Of a DNA stretch of 64,000 nucleotides, positions 1 to 10,217 are shown one piece after another; position 1 is the stretch's first letter, and each line of letters begins with the position of its first letter. This DNA comes from Ignavibacteriota bacterium (lineage in GTDB: Bacteria > Bacteroidota > Ignavibacteria > UBA10030): positions 2,944,001 to 3,008,000 of the forward strand of contig OY969585.1 of the NCBI GenBank assembly GCA_963701295.1, read 5' to 3'. A model generated the notes under the pieces. It was not told the DNA's origin and did not search any database. It saw nothing but the letters and a program-made list of their open reading frames with translations. The translations under genes and the position numbers were made by a program.

Positions 1-507
1 CCAATCACCCATTGATACGATAGGTTCTTTAATTAAGCAAAATCCACCAGGTTTAAGGCAGCGATACAATTCAAAAATTACTTTTGAGACATTGGCAACA
101 TGATGAAGAGTTGCAAATGAAACTATTAAATCAAATTTATCAGAGTCAAAAGGTAATTCTCCATTTATTGATGCCTTTATATACTTATAACCCTTTTTAT
201 TTTCAAAATATTTTTCAGATGATTCTATTATTGTCAAATTATTTATTTGATTGAGGATAGGCGTTAATTCCCTTCCATCTGCGCTTCCAAACCCTAATAC
301 CTCCTTAAATATATTTGACTTCTTTCTGATATAATTGAATCCATACATATTATGCAAAACATCATTATTCCTAAAGGGTTTGTATTTACCCTCAATAAAC
401 AAGTTGAAATAAGCATCCTGTTCTTCTTTATAGAACAACTCCAATTGTTCTATATTAAAATCATCCCCATACAGTTTTATGCCTGCCAAGTATTCATTCA
501 TGATCAT
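1..507 (-). CDS. Class I SAM-dependent methyltransferase (3' end runs off the window)
   Basis: Manual minus-strand translation (not in the ORF track): MIMNEYLAGIKLYGDDF...VLGFGSADG...ELPFDSDKFDLIVSFATLHHV...ELYRCLKPGGFCLIKEP, the Methyltransf_11-type motif set. Start is ATG 507 or ATG 501. Confidence 0.8.
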   Translation of the reverse strand, partial: MIMNEYLAGIKLYGDDFNIEQLELFYKEEQDAYFNLFIEGKYKPFRNNDVLHNMYGFNYIRKKSNIFKEVLGFGSADGRELTPILNQINNLTIIESSEKYFENKKGYKYIKASINGELPFDSDKFDLIVSFATLHHVANVSKVIFELYRCLKPGGFCLIKEPIVSMGDW

Positions 508-652
508 ATTCTTTACTACATTAATTTTTTTTATATAAGCGATGCAACCATTCAATCATCTTATTCTTGAATTAATATCAAATTATTTATTTAACCAGAT
601 TATAAATGCGTTCTAATTATTTGACTGCGCAAAGACTAAGATATTTAAGCAA

Positions 653-1843
653 CTAAATAAATACAATTTTGTCTAATTCAATTTTAATTTTCTTATACAC
701 ATCATCAATTGTTATATTAGCAATACACGGAAAAGGATTTTCACGTTGCACTTGATAAATGCAATTCCATCCACACATAAAGCAATCCATTTTATGAAAC
801 ACTGGAATAATATTAGCCTTTTCCATTAATTTTTGAGGATATGGTATAAATTTGCCAAATTGCCCCCCACCGATAATACATAGCGAAGGTATTCCCAATG
901 CATTTGCAATATGGATTGGTCCTGTTTCGTAGCCAATCAGTAACTTTAAGTGTGATATGATAGCAGGGATCTCTCCCGTTTTTGTTTTACCACGTAAATC
1001 GAGGATATTATTTATTTTTTGAATATCATTATTCATTACATTCGAATTGTCTATGCCAATCAAGAGAATAACTATATTAGGATAGTTACTGCAAATTGAT
1101 CGTATTATTTTTTCAAGCTTTGAGAATTCCCATTCTCTATGTTTATCGCTCGCATCAGTAACAATACCAATTAATATTTTTCCATTGCAATTAATACTGG
1201 CTAATAATTCTTCTACCCTTGCCTTCTGCTCTTCAGAGATAAATAATGATGGCTTAAAATCAGTGATTTCTATACCCATGACTTCAATCATCTCACGATT
1301 TATTAATAATTCATGTGTGCTCTCTGTGATTTTATTGCTTCTAAGCAATTTCGTATAGATACAATTACCACGATTTTGTTCATCAATATACAAATTTGGT
1401 GTCAAGGTGTCCCATCCAATAGTTTCTACGGCGCATGACCATAATGCGATTTCATCACTAATCCAGTCCCTTGAATAAACAGAGTTTATTGCAATGGAGA
1501 AGCCTCTTCTCTTGATTTTATATAGAAATAGTAATTTATAAAAAATATTTTTTCGGTAGGCATTTCTGTTAAATACAATCAATTCATCGATATAAGGACA
1601 ATCAAACGCCAGATCAGTAATCTTGTCTTGAACCACCAAGCAGATTTTCTTATTACTATATTTTATTCTCAGATACTTTAATGTCGGTGTAATTAATACA
1701 AAATCACCAATCATATCATTTCTTATAATAAGTAGATTCTTACAATTACGATAGCCTTTTATTTTCGTGTTCATTATCCCTAAGTACCAAACAAAAAGAT
1801 TTACGCACCTCCCAAGAATATTTCGTTTTTCTTTCGTCTGCAT
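653..1843 (-). CDS. Glycosyltransferase family 9 (heptosyltransferase-like)
   Basis: IRNDMIGDFVLITP, CPYIDE, DLRGKT and ETGPIHIANALGIP are GT9 motifs. Confidence 0.85.
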   Translation of the reverse strand: MQTKEKRNILGRCVNLFVWYLGIMNTKIKGYRNCKNLLIIRNDMIGDFVLITPTLKYLRIKYSNKKICLVVQDKITDLAFDCPYIDELIVFNRNAYRKNIFYKLLFLYKIKRRGFSIAINSVYSRDWISDEIALWSCAVETIGWDTLTPNLYIDEQNRGNCIYTKLLRSNKITESTHELLINREMIEVMGIEITDFKPSLFISEEQKARVEELLASINCNGKILIGIVTDASDKHREWEFSKLEKIIRSICSNYPNIVILLIGIDNSNVMNNDIQKINNILDLRGKTKTGEIPAIISHLKLLIGYETGPIHIANALGIPSLCIIGGGQFGKFIPYPQKLMEKANIIPVFHKMDCFMCGWNCIYQVQRENPFPCIANITIDDVYKKIKIELDKIVFI

Positions 1844-1894
1844 CTTCAGCCATATTGTTTCGTAAGCAGTGTGGAATAACTATTTATCATTTTG

Positions 1895-2617
1895 TTACTT
1901 CTTAGCGATTACCTTCAATTCATAAGTAAATATTTCTGGACTGTTGATATGGTATGAGCTCGATGTAACCTTATTCCATAATTTTTTATTCAACTTATAG
2001 ATAGAGAGCAAAAGTTTTTTAATAACTCTTCTTATGCCAGTTGACCCCTCTAAGCCTAGTTCGTCCAAAAAAACGATACTTTTAAAATTTGCTGATTTGA
2101 GCACATAATAGAGACTTCCCGCAGTGAACAAAACATTGTGAGTAAAGTCTTCGTATGCCCAATAACAATCTGTATTAGACTGAGCGTTTGGAACCATTAT
2201 GCATAGGCAACCATTCTTACTTAACAATTTATTTTTGATTTCTCTTAAAGTGTTTATTATTTCACTTTTTTCAATATGTTCAAGTACATGACTCATTATA
2301 ATGAAATCATACTCTTGTTTACACCTCCTACAAAAGGAAGTGATATTTGAAATCTTTTCGACGTTCAATCCATTATTTTTACAATAATGGACAGAATTGG
2401 CTGACACATCAATCCCTTTGATATTTTTGTACTTCATTTCCCTAAGAGTAAAAAGGGTTAGTCCTAACCCACATCCAATATCAAGAATTCGTGAATCCTT
2501 ATCCTTTGGTAACACTTCTCTAAGATAACTCTGTAAAACATACTTTACAGATGGACTAGGAACTATGTTACGGTGATCGAAATATTTTTCATAGTCTACT
2601 CTCTTAGTTATACCCAT
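1895..2617 (-). CDS. Class I SAM-dependent methyltransferase
   Basis: ILDIGCGLG, YDFIIMSHVLEHI and VPN motifs. Confidence 0.88.
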   Translation of the reverse strand: MGITKRVDYEKYFDHRNIVPSPSVKYVLQSYLREVLPKDKDSRILDIGCGLGLTLFTLREMKYKNIKGIDVSANSVHYCKNNGLNVEKISNITSFCRRCKQEYDFIIMSHVLEHIEKSEIINTLREIKNKLLSKNGCLCIMVPNAQSNTDCYWAYEDFTHNVLFTAGSLYYVLKSANFKSIVFLDELGLEGSTGIRRVIKKLLLSIYKLNKKLWNKVTSSSYHINSPEIFTYELKVIAKK

Positions 2618-2673
2618 TTATTTCCTCCACTTTATGATACCCAATTTCATAAGACATGTGTCGTAATAGCATT

Positions 2674-2784
2674 TTATAGAACGGGATAATTCTGTCGAAC
2701 CATATTCTCATATGCAATTTTGAATAGTGCTTTTGCAATTATATCTTCCGAAAAAAACTCTGATGCAAGTTTTCTCAACAACAC
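2674..2784 (-). pseudogene. Possible relic of a glycosyltransferase C-terminal helix (36 codons)
   Basis: Reads VLLRKLASEFFSEDIIAKALFKIAYENM..., resembling a GT-B terminal helix (compare AKYYYSEDYF in the neighbouring GT4). Too short to be certain. Confidence 0.3.
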
Positions 2785-2874
2785 TATGGTTTCCTCTCTT
2801 TTATGATTTTAAGTTTGATTTTGTCATCTATATACAACAAGATTAATTCGACATCATCTTTTCGAAGTTTGCGA

Positions 2875-4050
2875 TCAAATGCCGATTTTTAATAATATCT
2901 CCCTCCACCTATTCAAGAAATAATCTTCTGAATAGTAATATTTGGCATCCCTTATTGTTTTTATGCTATTTCCTTGACACCAATCATCTGGTTTAGCAGA
3001 AAGAATTTTCACGGTTCTTTCAAGCTCTTGAAGACTGTCATTCCTTAGATTCACCCCAAAATCTCCAGTATCAATTCCCACTTGTCTTGTAACTATGGGA
3101 ATGAGTCCTGAATGCATACATTGGACAACTGCACCTGACTGTCCTTCTGAACAACTTGGCATAATTACATACAAGCATTTTCTCAATAGATCATCGAATT
3201 CCCTTGAATTGACCTTTACCCATCCCACAGGATGTATATTCTGCATATGGAATAATTCTTTTTGATAACACTTGCAAAAGTCAATCTCATCATAGTAACG
3301 CCCACAAATGTGTAGATGCAATTTTGGGTGTTTTGAAAATACTTCTAAAAGCAGGTCGAGACCCTTCAATAATTGCCAACGTCCACCAAAAAAAAGAAAG
3401 TTTTTTTTTGCTTCAGAATATTTCTTTTCGACTATATTATTCTTATTATAGCCATAATTATTGAATGTATATATTGGTCCTTTAAATGATTCATTCCATG
3501 TTGTTTTTGTATGATCATTGCCAAAAGTTATGATAGCGTCTATTATTTTTAAGAATGGCATATTCTCAGTATGTAATTCTATTTCAATTGAACAATTCCG
3601 TCTAAAGGTAAATCCATCTAATCGCTTTCTTAGATTTCTATTATGAACAATATGATTCATACCTGTACCCAGGTAAATAAACTTTGTGTGATTTTTACAT
3701 CTCAACCTTGAGACATTAAGATCGATTTTATGGCTTATGATTAAATCATATTCATAGTCCGATTTTATGTTTGCATCATTCACATCCGCAACATCAACGA
3801 TATAACCATACTCAGAGATAATATCCGCAATTTGCCTACATTGCTTCATATTTTGATGATGTAAAAAATATCTGCTCTTTTGTTTTATTTGAAAAGGCAT
3901 AATTAAATAGACAAGTAGGGCCCTTTTCTTGAAAGCCTGCTCTCTACTTTTATTGACATTGTACTTAACATGATAGGTTTGTAGTTTTTTCGGAAGCATT
4001 CGGATAATATTAAACAAGCGCCTAGCGAAAATCAATTTATCATTGATCAT
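2875..4050 (-). CDS. Glycosyltransferase family 4 (GT-B)
   Basis: KGLDLLLEVF and MPSCSEGQSGAVVQCMHSGLIPIVT (variant of the E-x7-E motif). Confidence 0.85.
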   Translation of the reverse strand: MINDKLIFARRLFNIIRMLPKKLQTYHVKYNVNKSREQAFKKRALLVYLIMPFQIKQKSRYFLHHQNMKQCRQIADIISEYGYIVDVADVNDANIKSDYEYDLIISHKIDLNVSRLRCKNHTKFIYLGTGMNHIVHNRNLRKRLDGFTFRRNCSIEIELHTENMPFLKIIDAIITFGNDHTKTTWNESFKGPIYTFNNYGYNKNNIVEKKYSEAKKNFLFFGGRWQLLKGLDLLLEVFSKHPKLHLHICGRYYDEIDFCKCYQKELFHMQNIHPVGWVKVNSREFDDLLRKCLYVIMPSCSEGQSGAVVQCMHSGLIPIVTRQVGIDTGDFGVNLRNDSLQELERTVKILSAKPDDWCQGNSIKTIRDAKYYYSEDYFLNRWREILLKIGI

Positions 4051-5366
4051 TATATTCCATTCATTTCTTTTATTGTTTCTATCTTCTCATGGTTTTTACG
4101 TCTATCTTCGAAATAGTAGAAGCGCCAAATACAATCTGAGATAGCCCACACCATCAAATTAATGGATATGCTTGGTTCCGACACCAATGTACTGCTGGCT
4201 ACTGCTTGTACCCATATCATTATTGTATAAGTAATAGCCGCTATCAAGAATATAGATTCCCTTTTTATACCCATCATTCTAATTCTTATAAAATTTTTTC
4301 TGACGAAAGTAATTGAAATATACGCAAACAAGATTATACCAATGATACCAAATCGGTAATAAAGCATAATAAGATGACTATCAGCACCACTATTCACGCT
4401 TTCCAATAGAATTGAATCTATTGATTTAAAATCTATTTCTGTGCCTGTATTTTCAAATCCTGCTCCCAATAACGGATTATTTACCATAATCTGTGTAACA
4501 AGCAAAATATTCATGCGATGTCTAAATGAACCCTCTCCTTCGCTTAGTTCAACTACTCCAAGTTTAAATCGTTCCATAATTGACGGGAACATAGATATCA
4601 ATAGAGTAACTACAATACTGATAGATATTAGCATTACAATAGCGCTTTTGCCATATTTCCGCAATTTTAAGACATACTTTTGCCAAAACAAAATTAGCAA
4701 GGCAACAATAAGACCTGTATATACATTTCGCGTAAACGATAGAAGAACAATAAGTAACAAACTGCAGAAAATGAAAAGACTACGTACAGAATATCTAGCA
4801 TAAAGAATCCATGACAACGAGAAACATGTAGCTGCTACAAGCCATTGCTGGAATGGATTCCAAGTTCTAAAGAATCCTCCGACATTCTCTACCGTAGACA
4901 TTGATGCTGCATTTTCCACAGAATTTGGTTGCCAACCAAATATATTTTGAGATAAATATATGAAGTACCCAATAATCATAAATATGAATAAATATTTTTT
5001 AAATAATTCGAATAATTTTCTATCAACTATTATATATGGGATGATATAATAGATCGCATAATGGAATATTATACTGCAAAAACGAAAGGCATTATTGAAA
5101 GAGCAGCCTAGGTAAAGAGAATAAAAGCAGAGTAATATCGTGTATAGTAAAAATATACCCAACTCCTTTCCAATCGAATACTCTATAGTATTCCTCAGTA
5201 ATATTTTCTTCTTCCTTTCCTTCCATCCATAAATTAGAAGAACAACGAAGATAATATCGATTGGGTGAACGCTAACACCATAACACATAAATGGTATTAA
5301 AGATAGAGTTCCCCAAAAATAACAAGACAAAATGAAGAAGAAGAATAATATCAGTATAAAGATCAA
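4050..5366 (-). CDS. wzy: O-antigen polymerase / ligase-family membrane protein (Wzy-like)
   Basis: About ten hydrophobic segments, SFTR, periplasmic loop with NPLLGAG and DSH..MLYYRFGIIG (Wzy_C), inside a wzx/wzz cluster. Confidence 0.7.
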   Translation of the reverse strand: MIFILILFFFFILSCYFWGTLSLIPFMCYGVSVHPIDIIFVVLLIYGWKERKKKILLRNTIEYSIGKELGIFLLYTILLCFYSLYLGCSFNNAFRFCSIIFHYAIYYIIPYIIVDRKLFELFKKYLFIFMIIGYFIYLSQNIFGWQPNSVENAASMSTVENVGGFFRTWNPFQQWLVAATCFSLSWILYARYSVRSLFIFCSLLLIVLLSFTRNVYTGLIVALLILFWQKYVLKLRKYGKSAIVMLISISIVVTLLISMFPSIMERFKLGVVELSEGEGSFRHRMNILLVTQIMVNNPLLGAGFENTGTEIDFKSIDSILLESVNSGADSHLIMLYYRFGIIGIILFAYISITFVRKNFIRIRMMGIKRESIFLIAAITYTIMIWVQAVASSTLVSEPSISINLMVWAISDCIWRFYYFEDRRKNHEKIETIKEMNGI

Positions 5367-6382
5367 TTTGTTGATCTCTTAAATAAGCTCATTATTCTGT
5401 GCCCAATGGAAAGTAAAAGATTTATTTCAGAAATAATAAATACTTTATATGAGGTACCGTAACGTTTTCTCCAACTAAACCACTGAATAAAAAGGGTAAT
5501 TGGTGAAATGATATTTGCGTGGTTTGACCAATAATTTGAACAACTTGAAATCAATAATTTATCGAAGTAAGTATTTAAATCAGTATCGATGTCGATAAGT
5601 AATATTTTATCTAACTCGTTACGCACTTCTAGTGTTTCAATAAACTTTTTAAACCAAATGGAATATTCATAACAGGATTTTATGGCTAACGACAAAGGAT
5701 ATTCCGATGTCAGGTTTTTACCAAAATTTCTTTTCTCTAATAATATATTTTTCACATAGCCAATTCCACTTCTTTGTGCAAGCATGAACCATGTCGCATA
5801 GTCTGATGACCATGCGAGAGGAAAATTCACAAAACCACCAATTCTTTGCAAAGATTTAGTTCGACATAAAAACTCTGAAATTGATAATATCCTGCTGCTT
5901 CGGAAACCATGCCATACAAAATCAATTCCAGATTCCCAGTATGGACAACTTGATGAAATGACTACTTTTCCATTTTTATCGATTGTTGTTAATCTACAGT
6001 GCACAATATTGGTATCAGGGAGCCCTAGAAGACACTCTAGAAGTTCAGCGGCAAATGTTCGCATATATACATCATCATCAGACGCCAAAATAAAATATTG
6101 TCCTTTTGCATATTCAAGAACTTTATTCCAATTCTTAACAGGAGAATATTTGCCTATATTTACTTTATTTTCATAATAACGAATCCGTGGATCATTGTAT
6201 TTCTTTACTGTTTCTTTTACATCTTCAGGAGAAGCGTCATTCACAATAACTAATTCAATATTTTTATATGTCTGATTTAATATACTTTCTATTGCATCTT
6301 CTAAACATTCATTTTTATAGGCAGGCATTCCAAATGTAATTAACTCCGCATGCTTTTTTTCTTTTATCGAATTATCTTTCAT
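5363..6382 (-). CDS. Glycosyltransferase family 2
   Basis: MPAYK, SILNQTY, VNDASPE and ASDDD motifs. Confidence 0.9.
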   Translation of the reverse strand: MKDNSIKEKKHAELITFGMPAYKNECLEDAIESILNQTYKNIELVIVNDASPEDVKETVKKYNDPRIRYYENKVNIGKYSPVKNWNKVLEYAKGQYFILASDDDVYMRTFAAELLECLLGLPDTNIVHCRLTTIDKNGKVVISSSCPYWESGIDFVWHGFRSSRILSISEFLCRTKSLQRIGGFVNFPLAWSSDYATWFMLAQRSGIGYVKNILLEKRNFGKNLTSEYPLSLAIKSCYEYSIWFKKFIETLEVRNELDKILLIDIDTDLNTYFDKLLISSCSNYWSNHANIISPITLFIQWFSWRKRYGTSYKVFIISEINLLLSIGHRIMSLFKRSTN

Positions 6383-6406
6383 TGTAATACACTCTCATTC
6401 TTAATT

Positions 6407-7072
6407 TTATTTGTTTGAAGAATGCTGTTCTAATTTGGCAACTACCGCAAATTGAAGAAATCGCATATCTCTAATACTATTTAAAAGAAGAATATTGCTT
6501 ACTTTAAATTTTATTGATTCAGTTGCATTGATACCACTTAATATTAAGATTTTAAATCCTGACTCCCTAAATAACCGAATGATTGATTTCTCAGTATAAA
6601 ATCGATAGTGTGTTTTATCAAGAATACCTGAATCCCTATATTGAAAATCCTTTCTAATAACTATATCAACAATATTATTCCAGAACCTAAAATTTGGGAT
6701 TGAAAGAACAACTATGGATTCGTTGTTTCCCAAATATCGTTTAATATTTTCAAGTGTATCCCAAGGATCCGACATATGTTCTAAAACATCATTTAATATA
6801 ATACAGTCAAAATACTTTTTGGGCAATTTTATTTTTGAATCGAACATTGCATTCTGCACGCTAAACAATCTAGTCGAAGCAATTTTAGCTGCATTCTTGT
6901 TTGGTTCAATTCCCCAGACTTCGGCATCTTGTCGTTTTATCAATTGCAATCCAAATAGCCCTTCACTACAGCCAATTTCAAGTATCTTTTTGCAATATCG
7001 AGGAACAAAATCCAACATTTCAGAACGATGACATTTAAAATATGAAGTCTCATTTTTCAAATTATTTTCCAT
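6407..7072 (-). CDS. Class I SAM-dependent methyltransferase
   Basis: ILEIGCSEG, FDCIILNDVLEHM, SIPN and GILDKTH motifs. Confidence 0.88.
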   Translation of the reverse strand: MENNLKNETSYFKCHRSEMLDFVPRYCKKILEIGCSEGLFGLQLIKRQDAEVWGIEPNKNAAKIASTRLFSVQNAMFDSKIKLPKKYFDCIILNDVLEHMSDPWDTLENIKRYLGNNESIVVLSIPNFRFWNNIVDIVIRKDFQYRDSGILDKTHYRFYTEKSIIRLFRESGFKILILSGINATESIKFKVSNILLLNSIRDMRFLQFAVVAKLEQHSSNK

Positions 7073-7092
7073 GATTATGTTATTTTTACTTT

Positions 7093-8523
7093 TTAACGAT
7101 TAAGATCTATAGTTTTTAATGCAATATTTACTATTTGCTTAATTTCCGAACTAAATATTAATCTCAAGACAAAGAGTACTGTAATAAGTACTCCTACCCG
7201 AATTACGAAAGAACGGTCAAGCAGAGAATATGATAATGTCGATAAAATAATATATGAGAAGAATACTTTAAACTCTTTTTTCCACCTAATCATATCAGGT
7301 AAAATATTTTTTATAAAATGCCAATGGATTGTAAAACCTACTATACCAGAAAGAAATAGTGCAATAGATAATCCTGTAGCACCATAATGTGAACCTATAA
7401 AGGAAAATGTTCCTATAAGTAATGCATTCACAAGAGAGAGACGCACCATAGTATGCTCTCTATTCATTGCAACAAATATCAATCCAACCAACCCGAACAT
7501 CATAGATTGTATAGCGACCCATAATTGAGCTGATAGGGGAACCACTGCTAATATATATTTATCTCCGAATAATAGGACTACAAATTCATGTCCTAACAAA
7601 CTGAGAATAGTTGCGATGAGAATTCCGCTAAAAGCTAATATCGTAAACATCTTTTCAATATTCTGTTTGAAAGATTCAATATCGTTTATTGCAGAGACTG
7701 AAAGTAATGGAAATATCGCCGGATAAATATTCACAAACATCATTTGAATTGGTTGTGTTAATCTATTCCCAATTCCATAATATGCTACCTGGTTCATACC
7801 TGAAAAAGCTGCAAGAAACATTAAAGGAATTTGTGATACAGGTAGAGACAATAAATTCGTTCCATAAATCGGCATGCTTTGTCTAAGAAGTTCACTTGAA
7901 CTTATCATATATCCGGCAGAACATGATCCGGATTCGAAATATTGTTTTCTCCATTCCCACCAGAAGTAAAATAAACTTTTAACTATTTGTACACCAACAA
8001 AAGTGTAGAATACAACTTCCAACGTCATTAAGGCTGGGGTAATTGTAAACACAAGTGCAAACCAGAATAAAGAACTAATAACAGACAACCAAGCCGATAT
8101 TTGCATTTGACCAATACTAAACGCAAATGTCTCAGTAACATCCCAGCTCATTTGTACTAATAGATATATGAAGATTGCGAAAAGGAATATAATCGATTGT
8201 ATCTCATGTAAATGAACATATCCAACTAATATACAACCTGCAATCATTGTAGCTAAGAAGATTATCTTTGAAGAATGTCGTGCAATAAGTGGAAGAGCAA
8301 AAGGATTTCTAGCTATTTCGCGGATGGAGATATTTCGAAGCCCTAAATTGGCAAGAACCTGAGCAATTGATACCGCAGTAATGATATAAATGTAGCGACC
8401 GTAGTCTGCTGGTGATAATATACGTGCGATTCTGACTAAGCAAATAAAATTCAGCGATGTTTGAATGAAACTTGCTGTAGTTAAAAGCGACCAATTTCGA
8501 ATAATTCTTGATTTTATTTTCAA
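7093..8523 (-). CDS. wzx: O-antigen/polysaccharide flippase (Wzx, MOP family)
   Basis: ARILSPADYG, NLGL...REIAR, VAYYGIGNR and about 12-14 TM segments; TTG start. Confidence 0.85.
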   Translation of the reverse strand: MKIKSRIIRNWSLLTTASFIQTSLNFICLVRIARILSPADYGRYIYIITAVSIAQVLANLGLRNISIREIARNPFALPLIARHSSKIIFLATMIAGCILVGYVHLHEIQSIIFLFAIFIYLLVQMSWDVTETFAFSIGQMQISAWLSVISSLFWFALVFTITPALMTLEVVFYTFVGVQIVKSLFYFWWEWRKQYFESGSCSAGYMISSSELLRQSMPIYGTNLLSLPVSQIPLMFLAAFSGMNQVAYYGIGNRLTQPIQMMFVNIYPAIFPLLSVSAINDIESFKQNIEKMFTILAFSGILIATILSLLGHEFVVLLFGDKYILAVVPLSAQLWVAIQSMMFGLVGLIFVAMNREHTMVRLSLVNALLIGTFSFIGSHYGATGLSIALFLSGIVGFTIHWHFIKNILPDMIRWKKEFKVFFSYIILSTLSYSLLDRSFVIRVGVLITVLFVLRLIFSSEIKQIVNIALKTIDLNR

Positions 8524-8805
8524 AATATTCAGCTAGGATGTTCACTTATTTCTGTACGAAGGTAGCGATTGAATTCTCGAATTGTTAAAAATAATTGCAT
8601 TTTGATATCTATATCATTGTCACTAATTTATTCTATAATATATCTTTAGATATAACGTAAATTCTGGATAATGATTTTGTGAATATTCATTAACAATAAC
8701 ACTGCCATCTAATGTGGTACCGTACATAGTTTTTGTATTGCCCTTTGAAATACTATTCCCCGATTTTATATCCTTAATCTCGTGCATCTATAATTCATGT
8801 ACTTC

Positions 8806-9678
8806 TTATTTCTTTTTACCGACGAAGTAGAGATCATCCCAAAGTATATTTTCTCCTTCGAATATCATCGAATTTGCTTGAATCCTTTTATAAACCACCT
8901 CAAAGTTTTCTTGTAGATATTTTTCAATGACTTTTCTATCTACTCTTAACGGATGCGCTGCATCATAGCTGTTTTTCGCGGTGTTTCGAATTTGTTCATG
9001 GTCATAATATTTATCTTCAAAAACAAAATATCCATCCTTATGAATTATCTTAAGTATGTTTTGAAACACTAATTCTACATCATAACAATGTTCTATAACA
9101 TTAATCATGGTTATTAAATCATAGCGATTGCTCAAGGGAATTGTTTCTGCTGCACTATTTATAAGTTCCTTTATTTTAGTTTTCCTTGAGAGTATGCGCA
9201 AATATAATCGAAATGCGAAAGGAAATATTTTTCTTATGACTTTTCCTAAAAGTGGAACATATTCAGAGAAAAGATATTTATCACTATAAAAACAAAAGGG
9301 ATGTTTTAGATACTCATAAATTAACGGATCTAAAAGTGAACAATTTGTCACTTTGCATAGACCAGCTATAATTCTTGAATTTGTAAATGGTCCACATCCT
9401 ATTTCCAACATAGAACGAAAAGTCCTATTTTTAATTACTTTGTATTTATCGAATTGTTCAAAATGATAGTCATTTCTATCGTTTGCGCTTCTAATTCCTT
9501 TTTTTAGCCAATGATTCTTTTCACATTCCTGCGCTTTTTCCCATCTTTCTGCCGTAACCTTGACAATTCCTTTGTCTTTACTTAAATATTTAGCATCGTT
9601 TTCTTTGCGCAGAGCTTCTATCGCTTTCTCACCAGTAAAAACATTTATTTCTTTATCAATAAAAACCGGTTTCGCCAT
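8806..9678 (-). CDS. Class I SAM-dependent methyltransferase
   Basis: MLEIGCGP and YDLITMINVIEH motifs. Start moved to ATG 9678 (MAKPVF) from the track's 9762. Confidence 0.82.
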   Translation of the reverse strand: MAKPVFIDKEINVFTGEKAIEALRKENDAKYLSKDKGIVKVTAERWEKAQECEKNHWLKKGIRSANDRNDYHFEQFDKYKVIKNRTFRSMLEIGCGPFTNSRIIAGLCKVTNCSLLDPLIYEYLKHPFCFYSDKYLFSEYVPLLGKVIRKIFPFAFRLYLRILSRKTKIKELINSAAETIPLSNRYDLITMINVIEHCYDVELVFQNILKIIHKDGYFVFEDKYYDHEQIRNTAKNSYDAAHPLRVDRKVIEKYLQENFEVVYKRIQANSMIFEGENILWDDLYFVGKKK

Positions 9679-9858
9679 AGATATTATTTTTATAATACTT
9701 TGCTCGGTATAAAACAATCCCACATTAGATAATAACGCAACAAGTGAATTTAAGTTTGTCACATATTCTATTACAATGCAGCGTTCATTAAAATTACATT
9801 TACATAAAGTAGCTACTAATTTCTAAATGAATAACATTAACTGAGACTTCCATCTATC

Positions 9859-9900
9859 GGTTTACCGTTCACTTTCTATTGTTCATTGTTTACTCTTCAT
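9859..9900. repeat. Heptamer tract F (6 units)
   Basis: ggtttac cgttcac tttctat tgttcat tgtttac tcttcat; approximate reverse complement of tract E. Confidence 0.7.
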
Positions 9901-9904
9901 CTTT

Positions 9905-10132
9905 TTAATTGTCTCACCTGATTATACTAAGCAATAATATTTTTCCCCTATTTATATTCAATAATACGAGTAGCTTCCAGAACCAACAAATGCCAGCATC
10001 ATCGATACCAGGACAATAATCGATCTTTTGGCATTTCTTTTTTTGCAGCTGCACGTCCGTTATCAAAAACATTTATGATCTTTGTCATGAAGTCTATGAG
10101 ACAAAATGTATGGAAATTCTATGTGTTTTCAA
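9905..10132 (-). pseudogene. Decayed, internally deleted copy of wzz
   Basis: Reads IINVFDNGRAAAKKEMPK/RSIIVLVSMMLAFVGSGSY/RIIEYK*GKNI against intact Wzz IISVMDYARAAASKERPKRRVIVLVSMMLAFIGSCGYRIIEQKYGKNI. A TTG-AAA-ACA at 10132 matches the wzz start TTG-AAA-ACT. Confidence 0.88.
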
Positions 10133-10154
10133 AAGGATGCCGCGTAAATAATAA

Positions 10155-10217
10155 GTGAAGAGGAAATAGTGAAGAGAAAACAGTGAAGAGTAAATGGAAA
10201 AGAGTAAAGAGTGAAAA
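10155..10217. repeat. Heptamer tract E (9 units, consensus GTGAAGA)
   Basis: gtgaaga ggaaata gtgaaga gaaaaca gtgaaga gtaaatg gaaaaga gtaaaga gtgaaaa. Confidence 0.85.

Noticed and set aside
352-570. Plus-strand 72-aa ORF
   Set aside because: It is antisense to the methyltransferase at 1-507.
8620-8790. Roughly 54-codon minus-strand ORF between the methyltransferase and wzx
   Set aside because: No recognisable motif; could be chance or an unidentifiable relic.
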